From the NCBI RefSeq assembly GCF_006345805.1, contig NC_043000.1:57288001-57352000 (forward strand): a stretch of DNA of 64,000 nucleotides, written 5' to 3'. Each line of letters starts with the position of its first letter. Position 1 is the first letter of the stretch. The notes under the pieces were generated by a model. It was not told the DNA's origin, ran no database searches, and saw only the letters and a list, made by a program, of their open reading frames with translations. Position numbers and translations under genes: made by a program. Below are positions 36,361 through 50,499 of this stretch, piece after piece. Origin of the DNA: Octopus sinensis (Eukaryota).

Positions 36361-38769
36361 ATCTTCAACCCCTTTAAATAACATATACCAGTAGTCTCGT
36401 TGACTTTTTATTTTATTTTATTTTGGTTCATTAACTCGTAAAAATGTATTCATTATTTAATAATTTTTATGTATAATGCTGGCTTGTGAGGATCAGGTTT
36501 TTTTTGGGGGGGGGGATTAAAAACTCAAATAGGATATAAAGTACGTTTAGTGATATTAAAAGTTATGTATTATTTTGTAATTTATAATTATTAAAACAAA
36601 ATCTTAAACGAAATTTTAAATAGAAACAAAATTAGATTTACTTTTTAAAACATTCTGATACAAAATGCTTCAGTTAACTACGAAAACGAGGCTTTATATT
36701 TGCCATAGTAGACATTTATTCAATTTTGCTGATTCGTTCATGGTGTAGTGTTCTTTGAGTCATTGCTACCGAAAATTGGTAGAATTTTAAAAAAAGTACT
36801 TCAATATTTCAGTTTCAAAATTAGTTTTAAAAATGCTACATTTTGAGTTCATATTAAACGAAATTATGAAAGTTGGTTCTGCTCTTTTTTTTTTTTATTA
36901 TCTAGTTGAAAAAGAAGGGACGGCGTTTGAAATCTTCGCGAGTCCTCGGAGTCAGGAAATGTCGATGTGGTTGCTGTTCAATTTGGAAACCTTTTGGTTG
37001 ATTAATGCAGGTATAGTTGTTGAATGAGAGAAAAGGGCTAAATAAATTTGTTAGCGTAAAAGGATGACTAAAATAGGAGAAATGGATGGCTTTGAACTGA
37101 TGATGTAATGGAACTTGTTAATTCAGGGGTGGACTTGGGGAGAGACTCTTTAACAATCTGCTAAATAGCATTCTTTTAGATTTGGCTCTGGATATTTGTG
37201 ATTTTTCACAACACTGCTATTATGTCACAAAATGCTTTGATTAATTTTAGGCTTAATGGAGCATCAGTAAGTGATCAGGATTGTTGTTTTTTTATGTGGA
37301 GGGGGGGGGGGGGCTCTGTTACATTTGTGAGATGATGAAGAAAAATAAAATCAGAATTTGAGAGCTTTATGTATTGTTACTGCATAGGGTGGATGTAGTG
37401 TTTCAAGTTTGTTTTCTTGATATATATGGTGCTGCTGAAGGAAACTAGATCAACACGTTGCCATTGGAGGATGTCTTCCAGGTCTCTGTTCTTGGAAAAG
37501 AGGCAAGTCTGGCATAAGGTACCAATGTTGCATTTCAGTTATGCCTCTGTGCAGAAGGTCAAGAAGAAGTAAAAGGTGGTAAACTGCAATCAATAATATA
37601 ACTGATATAACATAATATCAGATTAGTAACCATTGATATGCAAACTCATTTTTATTTTCACTTGTGAAAATTTAATTTTATTTGCATTATGAAAGACAAG
37701 GAGGTCAAAATTCTTTTTCCTTTGCCTATAATGCATATGGAATTTGACTCATCAGTGGTGGGATCCTTTATTAACTTAGATGCTTTCACTGCCTTTTGAC
37801 AAAACAGGTGACATTGGTTTATTGTTTGGAACAGCCTGTAGAAGAAATTTTTTTTTATTAAAGGAGCTTAAAAAATAAGAAGTCATTTTATCTATCGAGT
37901 TTTGAAATTGTTTAATTATTTTGATATAGATGCAGGCATTATATTGGTATTATACTTTACATTTTGTGGTATATCAACATGGACATTAAATGATAATAAC
38001 AATGATGGTTATTATAAGAATGGTTTTTTTCCTTAGACATATAGGAAAAAGCATCTTGCTATAAAAAGGGAGAATAGTGATCACTCAAAGCTTTTGCATT
38101 TCTTGCCATTGCGCTATCAATTTCTAATTAAATTACCTGGGTTGCTGAATTCTACAGCTATTTTCATTGAGTTATCTAGCAATCCACCTTACAGTTTAAC
38201 ACTGCTCAAGTTGCTATGTAATAACTTTTATTTTTTTCGATAAAAGTCTGGAATGTTGAAGTAATCTTCAGAGGAGTAAACGTGTCTCCTTCAAAAGCTT
38301 TTTTTTTTGTTTTTGTATTTCTAATTCTACATAGACTATCTTCTATCTTTTACTTGTTTCAGTCTTTAGACTGCAGCAATGCTGGGACACCACCTTGAAG
38401 AATTTTTAGTCAAATTAATCGACCCCAGTACTTATTTTTTGTTAAGTCTGGTACTTAATTCTATCAATATCTCTTGTCAAACCACTAAGTTATAGGGATA
38501 TAACCATACCAACACCAGTTGTCAAGTGATTGTGTGTGTGGTGGGGGACAAACACAGACATGAAGACACACATAAATGGTATATATATATATATATATAT
38601 ATGTATGCATATGACATGCTGCTCTATTTTCATGTACCAAATCCAGTCACAAGGTTTTGGTTAGCCTGAGGCCATAGTAGAAGACACTTGCCTAAGATGC
38701 CACAGTGGGATGAACCCAAAATCATGTGATTGGGAAGCAAGCTTCTTTATTTTATTAAATTGGCCATGA

Positions 38770-39900
38770 AAGCTGTACACTGATGGAGAAGCTACAGGCT
38801 GGACAAAGACATTAATGAGATGAATGATGAACAGGATGATATTAATGAGAGAAGGCAAAAGGCGCCCGCCGATCTTTACATTGTTCTTTTGTGAACTTAC
38901 AATTTAAGGCAATAAACCTCTTACCAATATTTGTTTTGGACTCAAGGCCCTTACAATGAGGCACTAAGCCTCTTACCTTTTTTCCCAGCTAGGAACTTTC
39001 ATACCCAACTAGGCACCTTGCCTCATTCAAGCACCTGGGCGGTGCCAAGTCAGACCACTTCAACATAAACTAAAATGTATCCTCAAGGAAGGAGTTCATT
39101 ACCCTGCACAAGTCCTCAACACTACCGTTCATCATTTAAGTCTTTTAACTACTGCTTGGGTGGGACAATCTCCCACTCCAACACAGAGTCCTGTTTCTTT
39201 GCCATGTTCTTGGAAGAAAACAAAGCTCAACGTAAAGTCACAAAAAAAATAACAGTTCAAGAAAAAAAGTTCAAAACAAGAAAGTCACAAAAAAAGAAGA
39301 AAAGAAAACAGTTCAAAAAGAAAGTCGCAAAACGGAGGAAAACAGTTCAAATACACAGCAGACACAAATTTTTCTGCCACTAAGTACTCCAGTCAATAGG
39401 TATTCCAAAAAAGGTACTCCAGGGTCACAGCAGCAGGAACACAAATTGGTAGAATTTTTCAAAATATTTCACAATTTTTCGGAGGTGGGATACACCCCCA
39501 AAACAACAATTAAGTGCAATTAGAAACTGGAATGCAACAACTGGAACACAGCTTCCACAAATTTCACGAAAAATTAGTGAAAATATCCAACTATTTTTGG
39601 AAGCGAGATATGCCCCCAAAACAACAATTCTCACAATTAAGTGAGAAAAACTATTCACTCAACTGCAGGCAGACCAGAGTCCAGAATCCACTGAGGATCT
39701 CCTGTTTGTACAAAACTAATTACAGCAAACATCAAAGCCCCACTGGACCCAAAAAACAAAAGTTCCACCTTACAGTTGAGCTTCTCTTTCAGTCAATACT
39801 TCGCCAGCTGCAAACCAGCGCAACAACCTCCATGTTGCAAGAACAACACTAACACAACTGGAAACGGAAGTGAGCTTCTTATCACACAACTGTGCTTGCA
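38770..39900 (+). mobile_element. Highly degraded Tx1/L1-like ORF2 fragment (endonuclease end to start of RT)
   Basis: AKSDH (APE C-terminal SDH), WDNL linker, DQSP (GKSPG-like) and NNLHVARTTL (NNLHLVRxI-like) appear in the expected order across frameshifts. Confidence 0.5.
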
Positions 39901-40167
39901 CCTAGATATGTTGTATAGGATTTATGCTTACTTAGACATTGTTATAAATTGCCGGAGTATGATATTTCTTCCCAAATTCTATGTCTAACACCTAACATTA
40001 AAAGGGTAAGTTTGAAAGTTATATATCAGTTTTCAAGAAAATCAACTAAAACAGTGTTGTGAACAATAAATGTACTTTCAACAAAGTAAGGTAGAAACAG
40101 AAATAAATAAACAAATGGAAAACTTGTTTGATATGCAAAAACCAGGATTTATATATTCTCTCAATAA

Positions 40168-40349
40168 GTGAGGTCCCCAAACTTTTTAGACCATCAGTCC
40201 CTTCATGGAATCCTTGACCCCTCGTCGACCCCCAGGCATGTACAAGAAAATAAGTAAATAAATATTAATAATTAGATGTGCATTTATCAACCCCTGGAAT
40301 AGTCCCAATGACCCCCAAGGATCGATATCAACCACTTTAGAGACCCCTG
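40168..40349. mobile_element. Possible hAT-type MITE
   Basis: Ends gaggtccccaaact and actttagagacccctg resemble the CAGGGGTCYCCAAA TIR; no 8-bp TSD recognisable. Confidence 0.4.
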
Positions 40350-41387
40350 TTTTAGATAGTTGTTTCTCACATATGAATCAATACCCTGATACTAGTAAGA
40401 CTTTGAAATTATAATTCTTGTAACTTAACTAGAACTTACCATGCTTCAAGAACTGATACATTTTCTTTTAGTATTGTTAAATTAGACCAATAATACTTGA
40501 AAAAGAAAGAAGCTGTACTATACACATACAATTTAGGTACCACATGTTAACCAGACCTGATTCTATAAAATTAATTTTAACAATATCATTGGAGACTTTG
40601 CAATTAAAAAACAAAAAAAAATGAAGGAGAAAACTTTTCAAATATAAATAAAATGGAATCATAAAAAAATAAGCATTATTTTCCATCTTACTGTTAATTT
40701 TGTTTCATTTTGAAAAATAAAAATTTACTTTATGGTTTACATTTTGAATAATTTTTATTTACATTTTGAATCATTTACATATACTTGAGTGCTTAGAGCC
40801 TCTGTTGGCCTTAATTTGGCCCTGGGTGATACTCAGGAGGGATGATGAGAAAAGTAAACTTGTTGCTACAAGAGTAAGATTTCAATATCAGAAGTATTTT
40901 AGTTTAACTGAATACATACATTCAAATGTCAACCCTTTATCTCTATATCATGTATATTTTTCCCAATGGGAAGCCTTTTAAACCAACAAAATGCCAAATA
41001 TTTAACAGTTGCACAGTATTTCCATGGGATATAAATTAGTAAATAGTACCTTTCTGTAGGACACTTTTATCTAGGAGGTAGAAAGGTTTGTTATTGCAAT
41101 AAATGATATCATAAGTTGTGTGTTTGTAATGTATAATTAATGCTAGTAGCTTTTTATTAATACATTCATCATATTCTGCACATAATGTTATCTGTTAATA
41201 CTAAAATTAGAGAACATTTAATACGTGTATGACATGCATTTTAAGAATCAAAGGAGACTCAAAATCCTGATACTATCTTGTCATTTATTATAGCCCTGGG
41301 TCAACCAGAGCCTTGCTAATGGATTTGGTAGACAGAAACTGAAAAAGCCTGTTGCGTGCTTGTGTGTGTGTGTGTATGTATGTATGT

Positions 41388-43380
41388 CATCATCATCATC
41401 ATCATAATTGTCATCTTTTAACGTCCCTTTTTCTATGTTGGCATGAGTTGGACAATTCAACATAAGGTGACAAGCTAAGGGGCTGCATTGAGCTCCAGTG
41501 TTGGCTTTGGCATGGTTTCTACAGCTGGATGCCCTTCCTAAAGTCAACCACTTCACTGGGTACTGTATCTGTGGCACCACCACAGGTGAAGTCACCAAGT
41601 ATTTGCAAGGCAAGACCCTTCAACTGAGTGAAGTATAATATTGAGGAATATAAAAGTATGAGAGAGGGATAGGAGCAGGTGATTCACATACATGGCTTCC
41701 TCATACACAAAGAGAGAGAGAGAGAGAGAGAAATATATGGTCAAAGTACAAGGTGAATATGAGAGAGAGAGAGAGAATAGGAATAGAGGAACAGAAAAGA
41801 TGGCTGGATAAGCTTGTACACTATTGTGAACATAGTGTGGCAGAAGGTTATTGATGGGGATTAAGGTGTATGTAATGAATATCAGTTTGGGGGAGGAGGA
41901 GTGAAGGAAAGGAAATAGGAGTGAGTTAAGGAGGAGGAGAGGGTGGTAAGGGACAGTAGTAATGATACAATGTGAATAATAGCGGGGAGCAAGTGGTATC
42001 ATTTACAGTATCTGAGCAGGTAGTACTGCAGAAAGTTGATGGAAAGATGGATGTTAGAAGATGAATTGAGGGGCAAGGCTTGACAGGTCCTCACTTTGGC
42101 TGAGATGGATGTCTCTTCTCAAACACAACATATCACCATTCATTTCAATCCCTTGGCATCTCCTCTGAGAGGTTCAACATTTTGAGGCCAATCTTCACTG
42201 CATCAGCCCGCGTATGCCAGGGTCTCCTGGTTCCACAGGTTCTTTCCATGCTTAGCAATCAGCACCTCTTTATACAGCTACCCTCATCCATCCACATCAC
42301 ATGCTCATACATGCTGTTTGTAGACAGGCATTGTTCAATATGTCTTTCACTCAAAAAGAAGCCCTTTGTTAACAACTGAGGTAGTAGTTCTCTGAACTTT
42401 TTCCAGCAGGTTCTTATTTTAGCAACTACATTTTCTGCACATACCCTACTACCACCACTGTTAATTAGGTCTCTTAGATAACAGAAACTAACTACTACCT
42501 GTAAGGATCCTCCTGGACTTTCCAGAAAATCTATTTCCCATTTGTTGTTAGTGTTTATTGCACTTATGTATTTGCTAGGAAGTTTACTTTCTCTGTTAAT
42601 CTTCCTGGGATTTTGCTGCATTGTATCCATAGTTTGCACTGAGTACACCATATGGAATGCCTACCTACAACATTTCTACATATCAGAACCATTTACCAGA
42701 AGGGATTAGCATCCTGTCTGTTCTCCTACTAACTAGAACTTTGTTTTTTCCCAAGTTAACCTTGAGGCTCTTTGATTTCAGGTCTTGCTTCCAAACCTGG
42801 AATTTCATTTCTAGTTCTACTATAGTTTCTGCTATATGAACAAAGTCATCATCATTAAGGAGTTCCCATGGACAGCTGGTCTTAAATTCCTCCGTAGTGG
42901 TCTGAAAGACTATGATAAATAGGAAGGGCTGATAACTGAACACTGATGAACTTCCACCTGGACATTGAATTCATTGCCATCCTTGTTAACTCTCTCCTTA
43001 TTGACAGCATCCTTGCACATGGCTTGAATGGTTCTTACTACCCTTTGAATTTTATTTAAGTTCTCTTTGAAAGAGTTCAAGCCAATCACTAACAAAGTAA
43101 TATGGCTTTTTGAGTCAAGAGAGTCCCAGTGTTTGAAAATATGTGGTTGAGTTGGTGTGTGGGTTGAACTGTCGATGCATACACCCAAGTGTATGCATCT
43201 ATTTACATAAGAATCTCAGGTGGAGAGCTTTTGGAACATCTAACAAAATCTCCACTGTGCCACTAATAGATTGGATTTGGAGAATCTGCATCAGTTTCTT
43301 TTGCTCTTTTTCCTTGAAACCAAGTATTTCTAGGTTTTTGTGCAAATTTGTTGGTACATAACCTAATACACCTACGATGA
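41388..43380 (-). mobile_element. 5'-truncated RTE LINE (RT core to 3'UTR and (ATG)n tail)
   Basis: Track ORFs 42910-43188 (EFNVQVEVHQCSVISP), 42683-42943 (CPWELLNDDDF…LKVNLGKNKV), 42259-42651 (LQVVVSFCYLRD…WKKFRELLP). Confidence 0.88.
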
Positions 43381-44499
43381 TAGGTACAAATAAGAATTCA
43401 TAGTCACTGTAAAAAGTGCTGTGAGTTCCGCATTAATTCACCATAAATGTTCTCTTTTTTCTTAGACTTTTGGTTCTGATGAAGTGCATTTGGTAACAAT
43501 TTTCTGGCTTCTTATGATCATATGCAACCATAGCTCAGCTACAACAAAATTTTTTTCTGCCATCTTTCATATTCTAAGCTCTCATCTGCTATAACCTCTC
43601 ATAAAGCTGCCTCTCTCTGTACTGTAGCTTCACTCAATCAGAAGTAATCTTAGTTTTGTAAGCTGCATGGTGGCCTCACTAGTGCTGGTTTCACACAAAA
43701 AAAAACAACCAATACATTCTGTAAAGTGGCTGACATTAGGAAGAACATCCAGCCATAGAAACCATGCCAGAGCAGACATTAGTTCATGATGCAGTATTTG
43801 GACTTGTCTTGTTCTATCAAACCACCCAACTCATGCTAGCATGAAAGATGGATATTAAAAGATGATGATGATGGTGGTGGTGATGATGATGATGTTGAGA
43901 AGAGGCAATGAGAATGTATGATATTCATTACTTTCTCAAGGTCACCAGAGGAATGATATTAGCTACAACTGGGAATCAAATCTGAGTTACAAATTCAGTT
44001 TATCAGAAGAGGATTGCTATGTATGTTACAGACCTCACAATAAAAACAAACATTCTTTAATTTATAGATAAAATTGATAGATTTTTTTTTGTTTCATAAT
44101 TAAGCTTTCAATAGAGTATTGACTAAAATATGTAAGTTATCTCAAGTGAATTTTGTAGAAGAAAGACCTTTGTAATTCAAAGAATAAACAAGAACTATTA
44201 TCAGAAATATGTCTAGATTATGATATATAAAATTAGAATTGAACATTCTGTAGATACCAGAGATTATTAGAAATTATAGAACAATAAAGAACACATCACT
44301 GATACTGTATCTTTTACTGCACACAGCAGTTATTAGGATTAAAAGACTATCAATATTCTAACCTCCACTAGATCAGTTCTTCAATCAACTTGAGATTGGT
44401 TTTCTATTATAACAAAAGCTTCAACCTTTTGAAATGTCAACAATTTCCGTGTTCAGTTCAATATAAAACACAGTCAGACAGATGCATTATATATAGATA

Positions 44500-45461
44500 T
44501 ACATACATACATACATACATACATACATACATACATACATACATACATACATGCATGCATGCATGCATGCATGCATGCATGCACATAGTATATTTCTATT
44601 TATAGCAAATTCTGGTGAGGGAAATATCTATAAAAAGCTGAGCTAAAACACTAGATATTATCAGAATACACAGTAGAATAGTTTATTATCGTGCTATTGA
44701 TTTTAATATTAGACTTCTTAAATAATTTAAATCCTCAGTTTTTTATTTGTTTATAGAAATGTAGAGAATTATTTATAAAAAAATTAAGAAAATTGAAACT
44801 TATTTTTAACATTTATTGATGAAGACTTCAAAGATGATTTGGGAAGCAAAATCTTTGAAAACCTTAGCACAAAAAATTTTGGTTAAAATAATGGCAATTA
44901 TTTTTATATGACCGTACTGGTTTAATTTACATGAAGTATAAAAATAAACACAAATACATATGTCTCCACACACTCACATGCGCTCATACAAAGTTACACA
45001 CACTTACATTCATCATCAACATCATAATCAGCATCATTTTGGAAGATACTTGTTATGGAAGCACTTTATGGCTGGATGCCCTTCTTGTTTGCAAATAAGA
45101 TTTTTTCTTCCACTGAGTTTATTATGTATGTATGTATGCATGCATGCATTCATGCATGCCTGTATGTAAGTATGTATGCATGCATGAGTGTATGTATGTA
45201 CATATGTACGTGCATCTATATTCATGGTGTGGTTAAGAAGTCTGCTTTCCAACAATAGGCCAACAGGTTTAGGGTTTGAAGAAATGCAGTAAAGTTAAGC
45301 ACTCTATGGACATGAAGCCCAGGGTAACCCCATGAACCAGCCATATTTCTCTCTCTCTCTCTCTCTCCATATATATATATATAGATAGATAGATAGGTAG
45401 GTAGGTAGGTAGGTAGGTAGGTAGGTAGGTAGATAGGTAGGTAGGTAGGTAGGTAGGTAGG

Positions 45462-45493
<32 letters not shown>

Positions 45494-45520
45494 TAGATAA
45501 ACATACATATATATATCCAT
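44500..45520. repeat. Compound microsatellites: (ACAT)n(GCAT)n, (ATGT)/(ATGC), (CT)(AT)(AGAT)(AGGT)(AGAC)
   Basis: Direct reading; blocks at 44500-44582, 45120-45220 and 45346-45518. Confidence 0.9.
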
Positions 45521-45885
45521 GTTCATTAAGAGCTCAATTTATAATAGATCATTAAATTCCAATATATATCACATTATTGTAAATCTAGGTGAAACAGACT
45601 TGCATGTACATAAATAAATGGCTAAAACAGTCTTATAGAGCAACATATTTAGAATAAAAGTAGAAAGCATAAATTTACAGATATAATTCAAACTTTAATT
45701 ATACTCAGCTGCTTCATTAGGATAAACATTTGAATTCTGTAATTTTTTGATTGTGAACGTAATTTTGGATCAAAATTAGTGTCTTTATTGTCAATAGGCA
45801 TGTCTGTAAATCCCCATTGTCCTTGCTTTTGTATAGTCCTAAATGTTTTGCATCCCTTGTGGCCAACAAAAAAATTATTATTGTT

Positions 45886-46380
45886 ATCGAAATCGAATCA
45901 AATTCGATGACTGGCATCCATGCTAGTGGAGCACTAAGAGTAGTACCATATGAGTGAGATCAGGGCCAGAGCAACAAGCTGACCTCTGAGCCAATGGCAC
46001 GTTAAAACCAACATTCAAGCGTGATCATTACCTGCGTCGCCTTACTAGCACTTGTACTGGCGGCACGTGAAAAACATTCAAGCGAGGTCGTTGCCAGTGC
46101 CGCTGGACTGGCTCCTGTGCAGGGTGGCACATAAAAAGCACCATTTGAGCATGGCCATTGCCAGTATCGCCTGACTGGCTCTTGTGCCGGTGGCAGGTAA
46201 AAGCACCCACTACACTCTCGGAGTGGTTGGCGTTAGGAAGGGCATCCAGCTATAGAAACTCTGCCAGATCAGATTGGAGCCTGGTGCAACCATCTGTTTC
46301 GCCTGACCTCAGTCAAATCGTCCAACCCATGCTAGCATGGAAAGCAGATGCTAAACGATGATGATGATGATGATGATGAT
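45886..46380 (+). mobile_element. Long family A copy with four tandem GGCACGTAAAA modules preceded by (AAATC)-like repeats
   Basis: Modules at ~45995, 46062, 46125 and 46190, then the standard family A tail. Confidence 0.75.
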
Positions 46381-47973
46381 TATTGTTGTTGTTATTCTTG
46401 TCATTATCATTACATGTACTGTAAGTACTATTTTTATATGGATTAATCTTCTTCTTCTTCACATTATTGTTGTTGTTGTTGTTGTCATTGTTACTGTACT
46501 GGACAAAATGCTTAGTGGCATTTATTTCAAATCTTTTGTGTTCAAATTCCACAGAGGTTAACTTGGGCTTTTCATCCTTTTAGGGTCAATGAAATAAGTA
46601 CCAGTTGAGCACTTGGGTTGATCTAATCAACTGTCCTCTTCCCTCATATTACTGGGATTGTACCAAAATAAAAATAATGACTGTTATTATTATTATTAAG
46701 GCAGTGAGCTGGCAGAATTGTCAGGCTGCCGGGCAAAAGGCTGCAACGCATCTTGTCCATCTTTATGTCTTGAGTTCAAATTCTGCTGACGGTGACTTTA
46801 CCTTTCATCCTTTATAGGTCAATAAAATAAATACCAATTGATCACTGAGGTTAAATTAATCAACTTACTCCCTCCCCTGAAATTGGTGACTTTCTGCCAA
46901 AATTTGAAATCATTATTATTATCATAATTATAATTTTTATCATCAATATTATTACTGTCAGTACAATTATTATTACTATTACAATTATTAGCATTATCAT
47001 TATCATTACTATTATAATTATTATTGATGGAATGGAGGTAGTGCAACTATTATTACTACCACAATTAAAGTTATAATTATTTTTTAGTAGGGTTACTGTA
47101 ACTACCATTACAAGATGCACCAGAGACCGTATAAAAGAAGTTAAGCTTCCATCTGTATGATTCTGTAATTACAGATCTTGGATCTATAACCACAGCATCA
47201 AATAGATGGGAGCCTGGCCTTTTGCTTACAATCTTAGCCTATTTTCTCACTTCGACTGTCTTAGATAATGACATGTAAAGCTGATTGAGAAATTACTTTG
47301 TCATATTGTCTATTTCACTACTTAATAAGCCTATAGGTTATTTATTTCTCCTTACTCAGCAGTAATTATCTTTTTACACCATATGTCACATTTAGTTAAC
47401 TTTACAAACATGAACATGTGTAGAATACATTTCCTACTAACAACACTTATTTTACTGGCTTTTTTTTTCCATGTTGTAACATGAAACTTGTTATCTTTTG
47501 TGTATAAACAACTGTTCCTTTTTCAAACCTGTACCTACTTCTTTTAGCACAACATTATAGTATTGAAGTAGAAGCAATCTATCTTTTTGATGGTATGTGG
47601 AAAATACATGAAAACTGATATACCTAACTTCATTTTTGATATCGCTGTGCAACCTTTATTTCGTATAATCATGACAGTGTGAGTGAAAGATGAGTAAGGA
47701 AGACAGGGAATGGTCAAGATGTAAATTTGTGTCCAATACCAGAGAAGAAAGAAAAAAAGTTAATCAGGATTGGATAGTTTTGTTTTTACCTACACACACA
47801 GTTACACACATTAACAATGGAAGTAGAGTAAAGTGAAGGTGTGATGAGAGTGAAGTCAAAGGTCAAAGAAGGGGAGGCATAGTTGGCTATAGTCGGAAAC
47901 TAATGAGTAGATTGCATTGAAACTTTATTGAAAGGAAAAAGAAATGAGAAGAGGTAAGAATAAGAAAAAGAGT

Positions 47974-48438
47974 AACATACATACATACATACATACATAC
48001 ATACAAACATACATACATACATACATACATACATACATACATACATACATACATACATACATACATACATACAAACAAACAACAAACAAACAAACAAACA
48101 AACAAACAAACAAACATACAAACAAACAAACAAATCTGTTCATATACACATATACATGCAAAAATACCCTATTGATGTTGCTGAAATTCCAGTGAAGGAA
48201 CTTTGGATCTAGATTAGAAACTGGCTCATTCTCTATTGGCAAGAAATCTTGAAATAAAACTGAATAATGACATACATACATACATACACAGACACAGACA
48301 CACACACATACTTACACATATACATACATACACAAACACTCAAACATACACCCATATATATAAATATACATACATACGTACATACATACATACATACATA
48401 CATACATTCATACATACATACATACATACATACATACA

Positions 48439-48470
<32 letters not shown>
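47974..48470. repeat. Microsatellite cluster (ACAT)n/(ACAA)n in two blocks
   Basis: Direct reading. Confidence 0.95.
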
Positions 48471-48471
<1 letters not shown>

Positions 48472-48502
48472 TAGAAGGTCTGGAGGTGATGTACAGATAT
48501 TA

Positions 48503-48778
48503 TATATTAGAAAGAATAAGGTATTCAGAGATCTGGATGGTTGTACATATACAAATATTTATTAACATGTCATGTTTTCATAGATCCCATATTTTCATCT
48601 ACTCTAATAGAATCTTCAGATTTAAATTGTATGAAGGGATTTGTCTCTCACACAATTTAAGTCTGAAATTCTATTAGAGTAGATGAAAATATGTGATTTA
48701 TAAAAACACGACATGTTAATAAATATTTGTATATGTACAACCATCCAGATCTCTGAATACTTTATTTTTTCTAATATA
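48503..48778. repeat. ~275-bp near-perfect palindrome
   Basis: Arms of ~130 bp, loop ~48634-48650. Confidence 0.9.
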
Positions 48779-50499
48779 AATATATATATATATATACACA
48801 TAAGTTAAGAGGTGATTGAATAGCATATAAAAAAAAATCTTAAATAATTGAAATTTCTTTATTAATTGGATAAAGAAAATAAGCAAAAAAATAATAATAA
48901 TAATTGTTACCAAATCTTCAAGACAATGTCAAATAATTTCTCAACGTTAATGTAAATGCTTACATGAAGGAAAGTTTGCTCTTTGCTGGCAAGAGAAAAC
49001 TATGTGTATATTTCATTCTATTTAACCTCTTAACTTGCACAAGGCCACATCCTTCCATACCACCCCTCCTCCCTGTCAAGGGTCCTTGGCTTGCAAGTTA
49101 CTTGATCTTGCTGGTGCTCCACTATCATCTGTCTGTCTCTCACTCCATCTCTCTTTCTCTCTAACCCTATCTCACTCTCTCTCCTTTCTTTTCCAACTGG
49201 GGTAGCTAAGTATCTCCTCCATAACAAAACAACAATTTCTATCCCTCTATTCCACTTTAACCTCTCATTACCTGGCACAAAATCACCTTCCTTAATACTC
49301 CTCCTTCCAATCAAGGGCCTTTGTCTTGAAAGTTACTTAGTGACCCTGCCAGTGCCAGTACCATGTAAAAAGCACCCAGTACTTTCTGTAAAGTGGTTGG
49401 AATTCAGAAGAGCATCTTACTGTAGAAACCATGTCAAAGACAATGGAGCATGGCACTGTTCTCTGTCATGCCAGCTCTTGTCAAACCGTCCAACCCATGC
49501 TCTCATGCAAAATAAAGGTTAAATGAAGATAATGATGATATTTACACCTTAAAATGTTATAGAACAGTCAAGCCTATCCAATCAGTTGCATAGACTTTTT
49601 TGACATATAGAATATAAATTATGAATAATTTTTGGCCACTTTAATTTGCATAATTAAAATTAAAATGAGTTCACAGAAATAACTTTCAGACAATGTTTCC
49701 TCAAATTCTTTTGTTGTAGGTATGCACAGAAACGTGTTTGAATACAAATTTTGTGTTTCTTTGCAAAGTATGTGCATGACTATGTGGTTAAAAACCTTGA
49801 TTCTAAACCATGAGGTTCAGTTCCACTGTGTGACACCTTGGGCAAGTGCCTTCTACTATGTGTGAGAGTGTCTTTGTGTCTGTGTTTGTGCCCTCACCAC
49901 TGCTTGAACTGTGTTGGTTTGTTTATGTCCCTGTAACTTAGTGTGATTGGCTAAAGAGACGAGCAGAATAAGTACATGGCTTAAAAAGATAAGTACTGGG
50001 GTCTTATATTTATATACACATGGTATATATGTATGTCAAATAGTTGATATGCATGCATGTTTGTTTATAGCTGCTTGATAATCCAGAATCAATAAGAACA
50101 TCTATTGGAATGGTGTCTCAGGCTGTCTATTTGACGAGAGCACCATCAAGGCAATCACATTTATCGGAAACTAATAGAGTATTTTAGCTGATTAAAAGTA
50201 AGCAAACAAATAAAGCTATTTGCTCAACTTCACTGGTATTAGATGTGAAAAGAAATCAATCATTTAGTATCAGGCATTAATAATCTGCCAAACATTAGGA
50301 AAATGTTGTGCCTTGTCTGAAATCTGAATTTTCTGTTATTTGTTGAATTGCTTTATTTTTCATGAGTATTGAAACCAAATGTTTCATATAATAAATGTAA
50401 GCTTGGCCATGGCTTTATGAATGAAAAAGGGGACATAATAGACATGTTTACTAAACTCAAAATTGAAGATTTTAATAAAGGTGTTCAATAAGAAGTTGA

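Noticed and set aside
39075-39383. Lys-rich 102-aa ORF resembling a basic nuclear protein
   Set aside because: A-rich decayed retroelement sequence within the Tx1-like remnant.
47887-48677. Many overlapping ORFs (YVCM/HTYI repeats); similar ones at 44390-45526 and 56923-57180
   Set aside because: Translations of tetranucleotide and dinucleotide microsatellites.
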